A stretch of 63,567 nt of DNA, the filler included, from Folioceros fuciformis (lineage: Eukaryota), in assembly GCA_049999805.1 (NCBI GenBank). It is 9 parts of 9 records of this genome, joined end to end, with 100 filler letters (N's around TTAATTAATTAA, not from the genome) between each part and the next. Parts side by side here need not be neighbours in the genome. Positions count along the whole stretch, not along the records: positions 10,789 to 16,515 come from JBNGIO010003343.1; positions 16,616 to 23,092 come from JBNGIO010003344.1; positions 23,193 to 34,196 come from JBNGIO010003347.1; 6 more parts are not named here. The stretch is one strand, 5' to 3'. Positions 12,519 through 25,346 of this stretch are shown here, piece after piece. Positions within the stretch are counted from its first letter, which is position 1. Every line of letters begins with the position of its first letter. The position numbers were made by a program, and so were the translations under genes. The notes under the pieces are model-generated. The model was not told the DNA's origin and ran no database searches. It worked only from the letters and a program-made list of their open reading frames with translations.

Positions 12519-12720
12519 GCTCTGATACCATAAAGCAAGAGCGGATCATAGAAGGGGTATGAGCGTGAGCACAAGAGTGCGGCAAAGAAGAATGAAAAAC
12601 GGTTATTAGGTTCACAGGAAATCGCTGAAGATATACAATGGTGATAAGTTTGTTGTAACTGTTCATAAAACTATTAAAGTATATTCAACCTAACGTATAG
12701 GTGAATTGACTATTTCTTCA
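12519..12720 (-). mobile_element. tRNA-iMet PBS plus the LTR 3' part of a different family
   Basis: GCTCTGATACCA at 12519-12530 is TGGTATCAGAGC on the minus strand; the upstream sequence is unrelated to the U5 of the 11870 LTR. Confidence 0.6.
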
Positions 12721-15570
12721 ATACCCTCCAAAAGAGCTCTCTAGGAAGCTTCACACGAAGCGCACAGGAAGCTGCGCAAAAAGCTTCCTACAGATTAGCT
12801 AAAAGCTAATCTAAACTAATGATACTTAACTAGACACTAATCTTATACTAAACACATTAATCTAAGCACATTGGGCTTTAATAACCCTACAACGTCCCAC
12901 TTAAAGGTCAATTTACCTTCATAGGAGAGTGGTCTACCTCATGCCCATGAATGTCCAAGCTTGTGCGAATTGCTCCATAAAGAGCCCCTTGGTAAGAACA
13001 TCTGCAGGGTTCTGACTGGTGTGAACTTTGACAAGCTGTACCCTCGTCTTCCAACACCTCTCGAATGAAGTGATACTTTACTTCCGCATGTTTGGTCTTA
13101 GCATGAAACACTGGATTCTTTGCCAATTGGATAGCACTCTAGCTATCACAATGCAACACTGGCAGTTCAACCTTGATCCCCAAATCTCCCACTAAATGAG
13201 CAAGCCACATGGCTTCCTTGCAAGCCTCAGTCGCTGCAACATACTCAGCCTCCGTGGTAGATAGCGTTATGCACGATTGCAAACGAGATCGCCATGAGAC
13301 TGCCCCTCCAGTGCACATGAAGACATAACCTGACGTGGACCTCCTTTTGTCCATATCCCCTGCATAATCAGCATTCGTATATCCCATTACAGATGCATCT
13401 TCACTACCAAAACATAAGCACAAAGCTTTCGTACCATTTAAGTACCTCATAACTCCTTTCACTGCCTCCCAATGCTTCCTGCCAGGGTTTGACATAAACC
13501 TGCTAACCACTCCCACTACAAAGGCAATGTTAGGACGTGTAGCAATCATTGCATACATCAAACTCCCTACAGCTGATGAGTATGGAACCTTCTCCATTTC
13601 AGCTTTGTCCTCCGTAGAACTTGGGCAATCCTTGCTTGGCAGTTTCACATATGGAGGCAACGGAGTACTCAATACCTTCCCCTTCTCCATATTGAAACGT
13701 TGAAGCACCTTGTTAATGTATTCTGTCTGAGACAAGTACATCAAACGCTTCTGTCTGTCTTGACGAATACGCATGCCAAAAATATGGCTTGCCTCTCCCA
13801 AGTTTATCATGTCAAAGTGAGCATTCAATTTTAACTTCAACGCTGAAATCTCATCACTGTTAGTCCCAGCAATTAGCATATCATCCACACAGAGGACTAG
13901 AATGAGCACGCTTCCATCCTTAGCTTGCTTTGTACAGAGGCAATGATCCTCATCGCTACGTTTGTAGCCTTGAGAAAGCATAAATGAGTGGAACTTGAAA
14001 TACCACTCCCTGGGTGCCTGCTTCAAACCATAAAGGCTCTTCTTTAACCTGCACACCATATTCTCTTTGCCCTTCTCAATGAAACCCTTAGGTTGCTGCA
14101 TGTATACCTCTTCCTGGAGATCACCATGCAAAAATGCCGACTTCACATCCATCTGGACAAGTTACATGTCGTGCCTCGCAACCAGACCAAGAACACATCG
14201 CAAGGTGGTCATTTTGACAATTGGTGAGAAAATCTCATCAAAGTCAATACCTTGCTGTTGCTTAAAACCCTTGACAACCAATCGTGCCTTGTACTTGGGT
14301 TTTCCATAATGGGGTATGTTCTTCATCTTATACACCCATTTGCATGGCAATGCCTTCTTGCCCCTAGGCAACCAAACCACCTCCCAAGTTTGGTTCTTGT
14401 GGAGCGAATCCATCGGCGACTGCATCGCCTTCTCCCACTTGTTCTTGTTAGTCATTGACATGGCCTCTTGATAACAAGCAGGCTTCCCACAATCCGTCAA
14501 CATGACATAATCAAGAGATGCAACATACCTATCAAGAGGACGTGAGATCCTTCCTGACCTACGAAGCACTGGCGCCTCAACTTGAGCTGGTTGCACTCTC
14601 TCCTCTTCTACAAGTGGAGGAACTTGTTCTTGCACATCACGATGTTCAACCCGCACGGGAGGATCAAATCCATCTTCTTGAAAGACCACCCGTCGCACCT
14701 CCACAGTTGGAGTAGGCTTCTTGTGCATCTTGGTCTCATTGAAGAACACGTCATTGCTGCGAACGAGCCTCTTGGCCTCTGGATCCCACAGATGGTATCC
14801 CATCTCACCAGATTCACCATAGCCAAGAAAAATACATTTTCTTGACTTAGGAGCCAACTTATCCCCCATTGTCTATTCTAAGACACTTCAGTCGCAGGCC
14901 AGACTGATTCTCCACAAGGGTGACAAACTTCTGAAATAATGTCAGAACATCATCCTTTTTCTTCAAAGGATAAACCCACACCTTGCGTGAGAAATCATCT
15001 ATGAAAGTGACAAAATAGGATGCACTGCCTAACGATACAGTGGGCATAGGTCCACAAATCTCACTGTGAACCAATTCAAGAGGTTTACTTTTGTGTTTAC
15101 CTCTTGCTCCATGTGGTGACTTTGTCTATTTCCCATACAAACAGTGCTCACACACGGAGAAATCGGAGAAGTCAAAAGCAAGGACGTAACCAAAACGAGA
15201 TAAGATCTTCATTCCTTTTTGAGACATATGTCCTAACCGACTATGCCACAAGGAAACACTTGGCTGTTTTGTTACACAAATCACATGATCCTTGACAGTG
15301 GTTACTTGAAGTGAGTACAAAGTGCCACACTTCGATCCACAAGCTAACATAAGAGAACCTTTGAAGATCTTCCAAGAACAATCTCCAAACCAACAGTGGT
15401 AGCTAGCGTCATCCAACTGCCCTGCGCTAATCATGCTTTTGGTCAACTTCGGAACATGCCTAACATCCTTCAGTACGAATGAAGATCCATTGTCGAACTT
15501 CAGCTGCACATCACCAACGCCTGCAATCTCGCATGCATAGTTATTTCCAAGCCAAACACATCCTTTCCTA
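12721..15570 (-). mobile_element. Degenerate Ty1/copia element (Tnt1/Tork-like): PR-INT-RT-RNaseH with part of the 3' LTR
   Basis: LKDVRHVP, LWHSRLGHMS, CEHCLYGK, VHSEICGP; integrase internal deletion ~14865 (IDNGG to DKLAPKSRKC); KALPCKWVYK, MDVKSAFLHG, CVDD, RRSTSGYVF, FHAKTKH; LTR start TGTAGGG at 12891. Confidence 0.93.
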
Positions 15571-15572
15571 TT

Positions 15573-15761
15573 TGTTAGTGAGTATAGAGTTTGGTATACT
15601 CATAGTCTTATTTAAATACATTTTTCAGACATTAGGTTTAGCAGTAGAGACGGTTATTTATAATAACCGTCACCAGGAGTCACATTCACGTGACGCCGCT
15701 GTAAACGTGTGATGCAATACAAGCTTGCTAAGCGCATCCATCGTTGAGATGGTATCAGAGC
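15573..15761 (+). mobile_element. LTR plus tRNA-iMet PBS inserted in the protease region of the preceding copia
   Basis: Begins TGTTAG at 15573 where copia coding similarity stops; TGGTATCAGAGC at 15750-15761. Confidence 0.65.
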
Positions 15762-16515
15762 TTTGAGTGCGATCTGATGCGCGCATGCACTCCCCGTGCA
15801 CGCATTTATGGACTGCCAGCATTTTCTCGTTTTTCTGGTGAGTTTCTTGCGGCAATTTGTATGGCCTGCACTTTATTTGTTCTACTTTCCCTGCTAAAGC
15901 GTTCCTGATTCTGATCTACTGGACGGGCGTATCTCTGTTGCAACGAATCCTTTGCGTGCAAGTGCCTTCAGGTATCTTCACCTGCAAGAATGCACTCAAA
16001 TCTGTGTGTTAGCAACAGACATGCCCAGCCTTAGGAAGAGAGAACGATTAGCAAGGAGGGTGCACCGTCAGCAAAGCTTACAAGATTGGATAAAGGCTAG
16101 GGACGAAGAATACCACCGCTCCCTTGGCCCCAATCGCTGGCAGCAAGTGTGGTCCAAGATCAGCATAATCCTGGAGCTCATGGCAACTAACATTTTGCAA
16201 GGGTACCCTGCACTGGATGGATACGACTGGAGCACTTTTTGACGTCTCAGATCTAGTATGACAAGATGCTAACCTCGAGCTTCTGTACATTTAATTTGTA
16301 TCTGCCTGCATCAGCAGCTGTCATATATTCTCTACTTCACGGTTACCTTCGCAACCTGTTTTTAAGACAACCTGAACAGCCAGAAGTAGCCTTACTACAT
16401 CAGTATGCTGCTCATATTTCCTAGTACATCAGAGAAGAATACGACATCCGTGAAGTAGAAGTGCTGAAGTCACCTTGCAGCTGTGCTATGCACCAACACA
16501 GCCTATTTCAGTCCG

Positions 16516-16615
16516 NNNNNNNNNNNNNNNNNNNNNNNNNNNNNNNNNNNNNNNNNNNNTTAATTAATTAANNNNNNNNNNNNNNNNNNNNNNNNNNNNN
16601 NNNNNNNNNNNNNNN
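16516..16615. other. Artificial contig-join linker
   Basis: N44-TTAATTAATTAA-N44. Confidence 0.97.
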
Positions 16616-17193
16616 AAGTGTGAAGTGCCAATAGCTCCAGAATCCCGCGTGCCGACTCTTTGGTTGGCTCCCAGCCTGCATACAGCATTCACAGGCAACC
16701 CGAAGGTCGGGCCAAAAGTTGCCCGAGCCAAAAGTTGCCTCAGCGAATCAGGGGCAAGGGTCCCTCAGCACTTGGAGTAATGAATTCCTTCAACTTCTCA
16801 GGAACGGACAATGCCAGCTTCGGGTGGGTTGTGGTACCGGGATGGTCCCTCCTTCCTGGATTCCTTCCCTCCTTCCTGGATTCCTTCCCATGTGGTGACA
16901 CAGGGCGGGCAGGAGCACTGGATTCACAACATTTACTAGCTTACCGGCTTAGGGGAAGGTGGAGTTTGTCAGCTAAGGTAGGCGGAGAAGAAGAAGGAAA
17001 TGATCTTTAAACAGCTATGAAAGCATGACATTATGAAAGTAATAGCATCAGCCATGGCAGGCTGGAGCCCCATAACCCCGGGCACCAGCACCAGGGTTGC
17101 CATCACTTTGGTGCCTTCCTCATGGCCTTGTAGCACCTTTGTGCATCTTGTCCGCAGCTCCTACAGCCATCTCCCTTTTGCTCCACAACCTGA

Positions 17194-17503
17194 GCTTTGA
17201 TACCAATTAAGGATCGTTGGGAGCCACATAGTGAAGGAGAAGAGGAAAAAGCAAGGTCTCTTTCACACTCTATACTGCAAGGGAGCTCAAGAGGGTACCT
17301 ATACCCTATAGAAGAGCTCCCAAGAGGGTACCTATACCCTATAGAAGAGCTCCCAAGGAAGCTTCACAAAAAGCTCACAGGAAGCTGCACAAGAATCTTC
17401 CTAAAGATTAGTTTAAGCTAATCTAAACAAATGATACTTAACTAGAAACTAATCTTAAACTAAACACATTAGTCTAAGCACATTGGGCTTTAATAACCCT
17501 ACA
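17194..17503 (-). mobile_element. Third copy of the copia LTR with PBS (5' LTR)
   Basis: Reverse complement aligns with 11870-12149; PBS TGGTATCAAAGC at 17205-17194; internal ~33-bp duplication at ~17283-17355. Confidence 0.85.
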
Positions 17504-18739
17504 GGAGGGACCCAAGGGTCACGAGGTATTTTCGAAGTGGAGCGCAACCACGGCGGGAGCGGCATTGGGGAGCAAATGTGGCGGGCAAGACGCAAGGTGC
17601 AGGCAAGGGAACGGAACGCAGGCAGAGCCTAAGCGCAGCGATTACTTGGATGGGCAAGAGGAGGAGTGGAGCGTGCTGGTATCAAGAGAGGCGGCGGCGG
17701 CGGCGGTGCCAGGACAACGGTGGAGCAGGGCCTGATGGATGAAGCGACCTCAAACTTGGCACCGACGGTGTCGTCTAGGGATACAACGTTGGAGCCGATG
17801 CCTCAGGTGGAGGTAGCCCTCTAGCCTAACATGGACCATTGGAAGGCCAGGGCCATAGGGCTGGTAGAGGAGCTAGGCCTCGGGTTCATGGTGGAACCAT
17901 GTGACCCCCGCTTTGGTGCAAGAGTGTGCGCACTGGCTGCGAAACAGGACAAAAGGGGAAGGGACCAGGGAGAGACCCCAGGACTAGGATGTCGAGCTGG
18001 TCAGGACGGTGTATGGGCGGAGTCAGGAGGAAGCCGGGGACTCGTGATCGAGTTCCTGAGGAAGCGCAGCACCACAGCGGCGGCAACAGTGCTGTTCAAA
18101 ACTGGAATCGGAAGGGAGGCCAACGGCTAGCTGGCGCGGGAGATGGCGACTAGAGATGCACCCCAACAGGTGGATTTACCAGGCCTGACAGCGACCATGA
18201 TTCGGGCGCAGGCGGACATGCTAGACCAAGCCGCACGGGCGCTGACTTGGCTGAGCATACAGGAGGAAGAGGTGCAAGCCAAGATGTCTGAGGCGGAAGC
18301 AAGGCGGAGCAACTGGAGGAAGCTCGACAAGCCTTGAATGTAACAAAGGAACAGGCGCAGGAGGAAGTACGCCGGGGTCGGGAGGAAATATAGACCATGA
18401 AGGATTAGCAGGAGCTGCTTTTGACCCAGGTAAAGGAGGTCCACGAAGCCAATCAGGAAATGCAACAGGAGCGGTTGAGGGCACAGGAGCAGGAGGCGGC
18501 TACAATGGAGAAGGTCCAAAAGCTTGCGGACCGGTATAAACGGGAACGGGATGAGGCCCAGAGCCGGTAAAAGGGAAAGGGAAGGTTAAACGGAGTAGTA
18601 GGTCTGCGACCGAGGTAGCCGAAGCCGCTATCGGTCAGAGGGAGACCATGCCAGTAGAGGACAACCCTACCAGGGTAGAGAAAGCAGCGACGGTCGTGGA
18701 GCCCGCAACTGGAAGAGCTGAGATGGCGACCTTAAACCC

Positions 18740-19426
18740 TAAACCCTTCTGGACGTTTTAGGAAGACTATTGAAGATTGTTGGAGACTTAGGGAGATTGT
18801 GGAGGATTGCTGAGGGATTGCTGGCGATTTGTGGACATTGCTGGAGGATTGAAGACCCTTGGGGACAGGCCTGTAGGGAATAAGTGTACGCTAGTGTTTT
18901 TATGTGTTTTGCATGTGTGGAGAGTGATGAATGGGTGTGTGAGAGAGTGTGGCTGATCCGCGGGGACTTGTCCCCCAAGGATTAGCATTTGCATGTGTGA
19001 GGAGCATCCAATAAGCCTAGATCTGTGAGTCTAGATGCCCCTGAGGTAGAAACCTATGGTGGAAACCCGCAGCGGCGCCTGAAAACCGAAAAATATTAGT
19101 TAGGGTTCCTGGTGGGACCCACCACGGTCGTGGAGACCACTACCGGTCGCGGAACCAGTGACTACGATCGTAGAGTAGGGTCCGCGGTAGCTAGGCTAAC
19201 TGATGGGTAGTGGTAAGGAGCTAGTAGGTAGTAGAGACGATAGTGGATAAGGCTTGACCTAGGTAAGAGCCAGTAGTAGAAGAAACCTATTTTACTTGGC
19301 ACAAATCATTCCCTTGGGATCAAACCCCATGGCTACAAAGATATGGGATCGAATCCCATGGCTACAAAGATATGGGATCGAATCCCATGGCTACAAACAT
19401 ATAGAGGGTTTATGTGGCCCTCGCAA
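18740..19426 (+). mobile_element. LTR-like dispersed repeat (family shared with 5090-6872)
   Basis: Colinear with ~6050-6870 (GTGGCTGATCC, GGTGGAAACCCGC, GTGGGACCCACCAC, CACAAATCATTCCCTTGGGAT); terminal 29-bp unit triplicated at ~19316-19400. Confidence 0.7.
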
Positions 19427-19454
19427 TGTCCCCAAACACAAAATTTTACTCCCT

Positions 19455-19670
19455 AGAGACCTTGACCACACTATTTATATGGAGATTCCTGGAGGGATAC
19501 ATGTGCAAGATAAGAGAAAACACAACGGCTGCTTATTATTAAAGTCCTTCGACAGACTCAAGCATGCTTATTATTGAAGTCCTTCTACAGACTCAAGCAA
19601 AGCGCCTTGAAATGGTATTATAAGTTAGATGTTAGACTTAAGGAGCTAGGGTTCACCAAGCTAAATTCAT
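19455..19670 (+). mobile_element. Copia reverse transcriptase fragment
   Basis: DLDHTIYMEIP...LLKSFYRLKQ...WYYKLD..LKELGF with an internal duplication. Confidence 0.75.
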
Positions 19671-20693
19671 ATAAAGAGTAACCTATTATTTAATATTATT
19701 GAAAAAGAGATAGAAAACCCTATCTACTCCAAAGATAGGAGGAACAACCAAAAAGAACCAAAGGCAAAAAGGTACTAACCCCTTCAAACATCATTCTCAA
19801 AAACTAAAGACCTACCTACCATTGGTGTAGACGAAGCTACTTGACCTGCACTTATTGTTGTTCTAAAAATCCTATGAGCCAATGCTCTTTACAAAGCAAT
19901 GTATACACCTTGTCGAAATAAGTGTCGAAATAAGAAACGAAGAAAACCATTTTTATTACTAGTAGACCTTTGTGCACTCCTTGATGAATCTTGAAAGGTC
20001 CTTGCCCATGGCCGCATAGGTCTTAAGAGCAAAAAGATGAAAATATGCACATCTTGCAAAGGAGAATATTTATGGACTTTGGCTCTTGGACAACCCTTTG
20101 CTACGGCACATTGGGGAGTTTATAACGACATGCTCACAAATCAAATGTCTGGTGAAATCCATAACAACTACATCAATGACACAAAAAGACTATGTACCAA
20201 CAACTCGTTGTGTATATAGTGTGCTTTTTGAATTTACGCATGACTTTTTACATGATCCCAGATTTTATGAACACAAGTAAATGATTTATTGCGAACTTTT
20301 TTGTACAGATTTCAACAAAACATTCCTAGAAAAGTGAAATCTCTTCTTGCAGATTTTGCTTCTTCAAAAAATGCTATAGTCAAAGGATATTATACTATAC
20401 CATGATATGTCACATATTTATTCAAAGCGCATTAGGTGATAATTAATCTCTATCAAAGAAGTGAAGCATAATAATTTGCTCCTTTTGTCATCTCATGACA
20501 TCCTACACTCCACATGTTTGTGGCGGCTGAGGACATACTTAAGGCGCCTAATCCCTAACCCTAAACCTAAATGTTGCGGCCGAGTCTCACCCTTACCACA
20601 ATTTGGCCTTGTAAGCTGGGTTTGCAAAAATTGGAGCTACTTGTGTTGTAGAAATGCTTAGCGAAGAGCGAGTGGAGTGGGGATATGTTGTAA

Positions 20694-23092
20694 GGCCACG
20701 TTTCCACTAGGTTTGTACCAGCCAAAAGATGCCTCGGGATTGGTCTACCTTATTTCATCCGCTTTCCACTAGGTTTTGTACCACTGGCATGCCCGTACAG
20801 GTGGCACATACGTGGACGTACCATATGTATTAGGTTTGTACCAGCACCAAGCGGTTTGTACCTGTGCCAAGCGCAAGCACAACCCTATTTTTTAGGGGAA
20901 GCTATGTGGACCAATGGTGGTTCATCATAGTAATTTTTGGGTCTTAATTTTATTTCGTCAATTCACCCATATGAGAGCATCATGGTGCGGCCTAAAAGTT
21001 GGTTGGGCACTAGCGGCGGGCAAGCTAGCACACTCGATTAGCAAGCTGAGGCACCTGATTGCAAGTGATCCCGATAGCACACATTCGTGCCGATGGGACC
21101 TCTTCGAAATCAGCATCGCTCGATGACCTCTTCGGTCATGCGCACTCAACTAACCCCACCGGCCACGGGTTTATTCCAGTACCGGCCTAGGCATTTTAGC
21201 AGCCCCCTCGTCAGGGGTTGCATGCCCCAATCAGTTATCGTCCGAGCTTTCTAACCTTTCAGACTTTGGAGCAAGCGCCATTCAATCCTACTTTGGGCCA
21301 CCATGGGGGAGAATCATCTACGTAGGCTTCTCAACCGGCCGGTCCACCACAGTCGGAGTTCCAGCATAGCAGCCCATAGCTAAGTACTTAAAAAGTGAGA
21401 AGGAAGAGACGAAGTAAAGGGGAGAGCGCGACACCGAAAGAAGACACAAAACGAAGCTGTGGATGCAATTGGAAGGACCACTGGACCATAAATTTGATAC
21501 ATATAAGAGGTGCTAGGCATCAGGAGTTCTTGAGGCAACCAAAGCAAGGTGAGAAGCTGTCACTTTAGCGTACTGCATGCTTCTATGTGGGCACCATCAA
21601 GCTTCTATGTGGGCACCATCAGGCTTCTATGTGGGCACCGTCAGGCTCTCAAGTGTAAGCTTCTAAGTGTAGGCATCGTAAGGCTCTCAAATGTTAAAGC
21701 ATGCTTACAGTTGGCACAGCTCTACATAGGGGGTATGTCCATGCTTTCCAATGTCAAGGTTGTTTTTGAATTAATTCTTACAAAGCTCATACCTTATTTG
21801 CTTAGATTCTAAACATCATTAGGCTCTCAAGTGTTTATGTTGTCCTAGATTCTACAGAGCTATGTGCTTGAGTGTTTATGTTTGCCTAGCTTCGGCAAAG
21901 CTATGTGTGTCGGTTTGTCTAGGCTTTCAAGTCTCAAGTGTTTATGTTTTCTTAGCTTTTGCAAAGCTATATGTGTGGGTTTGTCTAGGCTTTCCAGTCT
22001 CAAGTGTTTATGTTTTCTTAGCTTCTGCAGAGCTATGTGTGTGGGTTTGTCCAGGCTTTCTAGTCTCAAGCGTTTATGTTTTCTTAGCTTCTGCAGAGCT
22101 ATGTGTGTGGGTTTGTCCAGGCTTTCCAGTCTCAAGTGTTTATGTTTTCCTAGCTTCTGCAGATCTATGTGTGGGTTTGTCCAGGCTTTCTAATGTCAAG
22201 TGTTTACGTTTGCCTAGCTTCTACAGATCTATGTTTGTGGGTCTCTCCAGGATTTCAATCTCAATAGCTTCTTATTTAATTAATATTTTCTAGAGAGCTA
22301 TGTATAGGTTTGTCCAAGCTTTCCCATAGAAGCTATGGAAACCCATTTCAAGGGTTCATAATGGAAATGTGTCTTGCAAAATCTTATATTTCATGAGTCT
22401 TATTCCACAAGGGTCGATAAATGGCAAAGTGTTTTAATCAAGCTAGTAGGAACCTGTCGCGACTTCGACAAGGATGCTCAAGCATGCCGCTAGAAGTGGA
22501 AGGACGTATACAATGATTACAAGACTGATTGTGTGCGAAACATATCTGGAGCTGCAAGTGTCAATTTTTTGATATACTTAATATGTACATGCATGATAGT
22601 TGTGCAATGTGAGACCCATGCTGATTCTTGTGGTGAGGGTCTTGTGGGTTCTTGATCCGGTAACAAGGATAGTGCTCGTGTTACGGTGCTAGACCATGAT
22701 GTTGAAGAATCAGGTGCTGCAAGAAAATGCGCACATGGAGGCGGGAAGGCATACTAGCTCATTGAACATATGAACAACCAGGGGGCCCAAATTCTAGAAA
22801 CAGCGAAGGAGATAGAGGATAAAAAATTGTCTTTCATGGAAAGCATGGCACAGACCATGTCATCTATTGCAATTGTTTTGCAAAGCCACTTGGCATCATT
22901 AAAAGACAATGAAAATTGAGTTTTAGGAGTCTAAGGACTCTAGTGAATCGGAATCATGTGGGAATGCATCTCTTATCTTTCGTTTACAATGTGCCTCATA
23001 TAAAGCAAAACTAAAAGCCAAAACTCTGGCACGTCCTTCCTTGTAGCCTTGCATTCCTACCTCTGTACTATCCTCCAACTCATCATTGCCGT
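20694..23092 (+). mobile_element. Probable PIF/Harbinger DNA transposon: left TIR and degenerate Myb/SANT ORF1
   Basis: TAA followed by GGCCACGTTTCCACTAGG at 20694; repeated subterminal GGTTTGTACC; trihelix-like DKWQSVLIKLVG...DKDAQACR*KWKDVYNDYK at ~22390-22530. The right end is not in this contig. Confidence 0.6.
21820..22320. repeat. 66-bp tandem repeat, ~6-7 copies
   Basis: AGCTATGTGTGTGGGTTTGTCCAGGCTTTCCAGTCTCAAGTGTTTATGTTTTCTTAGCTTCTGCAG; period 66 (e.g. 22031, 22097). Related 21-bp repeats at ~21579-21642. Confidence 0.92.
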
Positions 23093-23192
23093 NNNNNNNN
23101 NNNNNNNNNNNNNNNNNNNNNNNNNNNNNNNNNNNNTTAATTAATTAANNNNNNNNNNNNNNNNNNNNNNNNNNNNNNNNNNNNNNNNNNNN
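23093..23192. other. Artificial contig-join linker
   Basis: N44-TTAATTAATTAA-N44. Confidence 0.97.
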
Positions 23193-23627
23193 AGTATAGC
23201 AACATGATATACATCTTGCTTCTTCTTTGTCGCGTTTCAACCTAAAAAACGACAAATCTATATCTCTAAAGCTTACTATGTGTTCAACCTCGACAAATTC
23301 AGGATCGTCACGATCCGAATTGGTTGGTAGTACTACACGAAGAAGTGTCTCATATATATGTCCATCTGGGTGTATTACACAGTGCCTAGGTGTGACACCA
23401 ACTCTTGGCCTTGAGATGCAAATCACAATAGTGCCGAGTGTAACAAAAGTGTTTTCTGAGCAATTGTATTTTCCGATGCGCAGAACGCTATTTCCAGCTG
23501 AATTAGACAAGATTCTGCTAATAGGCAAAATTGGCCACGGAATACATTGAATCGTCTGTAAAACACTTGCCATATAATCGATTTGATCTTTCGTCCAGTT
23601 TGATGTTAAACATGATAGAATCTCTAC
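23193..23627 (-). CDS. Partial trypsin-like serine peptidase-like ORF (open at both gaps)
   Basis: Stop-free frame across the 435-bp segment; LGTIVICIS..VGVTPRHCV (His motif) and DIDLSFFRL (Asp motif). The Ser motif is not visible. Confidence 0.4.
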
Positions 23628-24495
23628 NNNNNNNNNNNNNNNNNNNNNNNNNNNNNNNNNNNNNNNNNNNNNNNNNNNNNNNNNNNNNNNNNNNNNNNNN
23701 NNNNNNNNNNNNNNNNNNNNNNNNNNNGTTCAGATGAAGACACTGCTTTTCCTATCTCATTTTTTATCAGACCCATGGCTAAACACACAAAGCAAAAACT
23801 GAAAAATAAATGTATGTGATATCTTTCTATCATGCCATACTTCTTATTTCAAACATAAAAGAATATTTTTAAATATATTATTTTGAATAATTATTTGATA
23901 ATTGATAGGTACATAAAAACCACACGTGCATATTATTATTAAATATTTTGCATAAAGCTTAACCAAAAGCCAAAAGCACCAAAACCAAAAGCTACCCCCC
24001 TTCTAATGACTAAGTGGATAGAGATAGAGTGCGATCCAAAAGAAACGTGATAACCTTTGACCAGCTACTTCCTTCACGTTTAGTATGGTATGTGGACTTG
24101 GTGCTTGGTACAGCATGCTTCCAACCATGTACCGATGTAGCCACCCCAAGAGGGCAAATCGAAATGTTGACGCTGTGTTCGTAGAGCTTCCTGGCGCGTA
24201 GCCCAACCTAACATGGAGAAATCCTTCAATTGCACAAGCTGAGGCGAGTATGCCTGATGCCGCCCAATCTTCTTGTCCCCCGGGAGGACAGGCAAGCCCA
24301 AGCACCGGGACTGTTCCGTATTCCTTGTTCTTCAGCTCTGCCCTGAAGTTACTATTACATGCGGTAAACATGTCTGCCGTCTGTGGATGGAACGTAGCAG
24401 TGGGTGAAACGGGTTGTGGCCTTGGAGCTTGATTGTGCTGTCTGTGGAGGCAAGGCAGGGCAGGAAGTGCGGAGGCGGGAGGGTGGGGGAGCGAA

Positions 24496-25346
24496 ATGTC
24501 TTACTTTGTGCCGCCCTTCAACTACGGGATGGTGGAATATGATCTCAGCCGCTCTGGCCATGCTCACCAGCTCAACTTCCCTTTCCTGGAGCGCCTGAAC
24601 CTCAAGACCGTCATCTATCTGTCCCATGACCAGCCGTCGCAGGCCTTGTACGTCTCGTCCTTCTCTCTCACGCCAGGTGATGCACGCATGTGGGTAGGAC
24701 TGAAATTCGTCGAACCTGGCTTGCAGCCTCAACTTTCTGGACGACCAGGGGATCGACCTTGTGAGACCATCAGGGTTCGATGAGCAGTCCAACAACGTTC
24801 TGGGCAGCCCCATGTCGGAGGCTGAGGTCCTCTCAGCCCTTCAGGTGCTTGCTTTCACCCCATGCTGCTTCTTTTTATTCGTTCTTGTCCGCCGAACGTG
24901 AGGATGGGTCCTACAGTTCAGCACCCACAAACCTGCAGCGGCCTGCAGGTTATTCTGTCACCTCAGTACTATCCGCTCCATGTCATGTGCAATCTGGGTC
25001 GGCAAAGAACAGGTGAGACAAGACACGCAAGGCTGCTTTGCTTCGTGTCTGGATGCAAATTCCTCACCCTCTGGCTCTGCAGGCACGGTGATAGGATGTC
25101 TGAGGAAGCTCCAGCGGTGGAACCTCACGGCCATCTTTGAGGAGTACAGGCGGTATGCGGGGAGCAAAGTTCGTCTGCTCAACGAACAGGCATTCATCTC
25201 CTCACCCTAATGTTTGTATGCATCACGGCATCCAGCGGGTTCAGATCACCATCCAACTAGTTGCCTCTGTTGTCGCTGTGCAGTTCATCGAGCTCTTTGA
25301 CACAGATCTCGTCCGGATCCCGGTGGATCACCCTGCCTGGCTCTAA
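24496..25346 (+). CDS. PFA-DSP/Siw14-OCA family atypical dual-specificity phosphatase, 5 exons
   Basis: [33 protein letters not shown]5R motif [44 protein letters not shown]; last intron is GC-AG (25190-25283). Confidence 0.9.

Noticed and set aside
21860..22293. Overlapping repeat-protein ORFs on both strands
   Set aside because: They arise because the 66-bp unit is a multiple of three and lacks stops in some frames.
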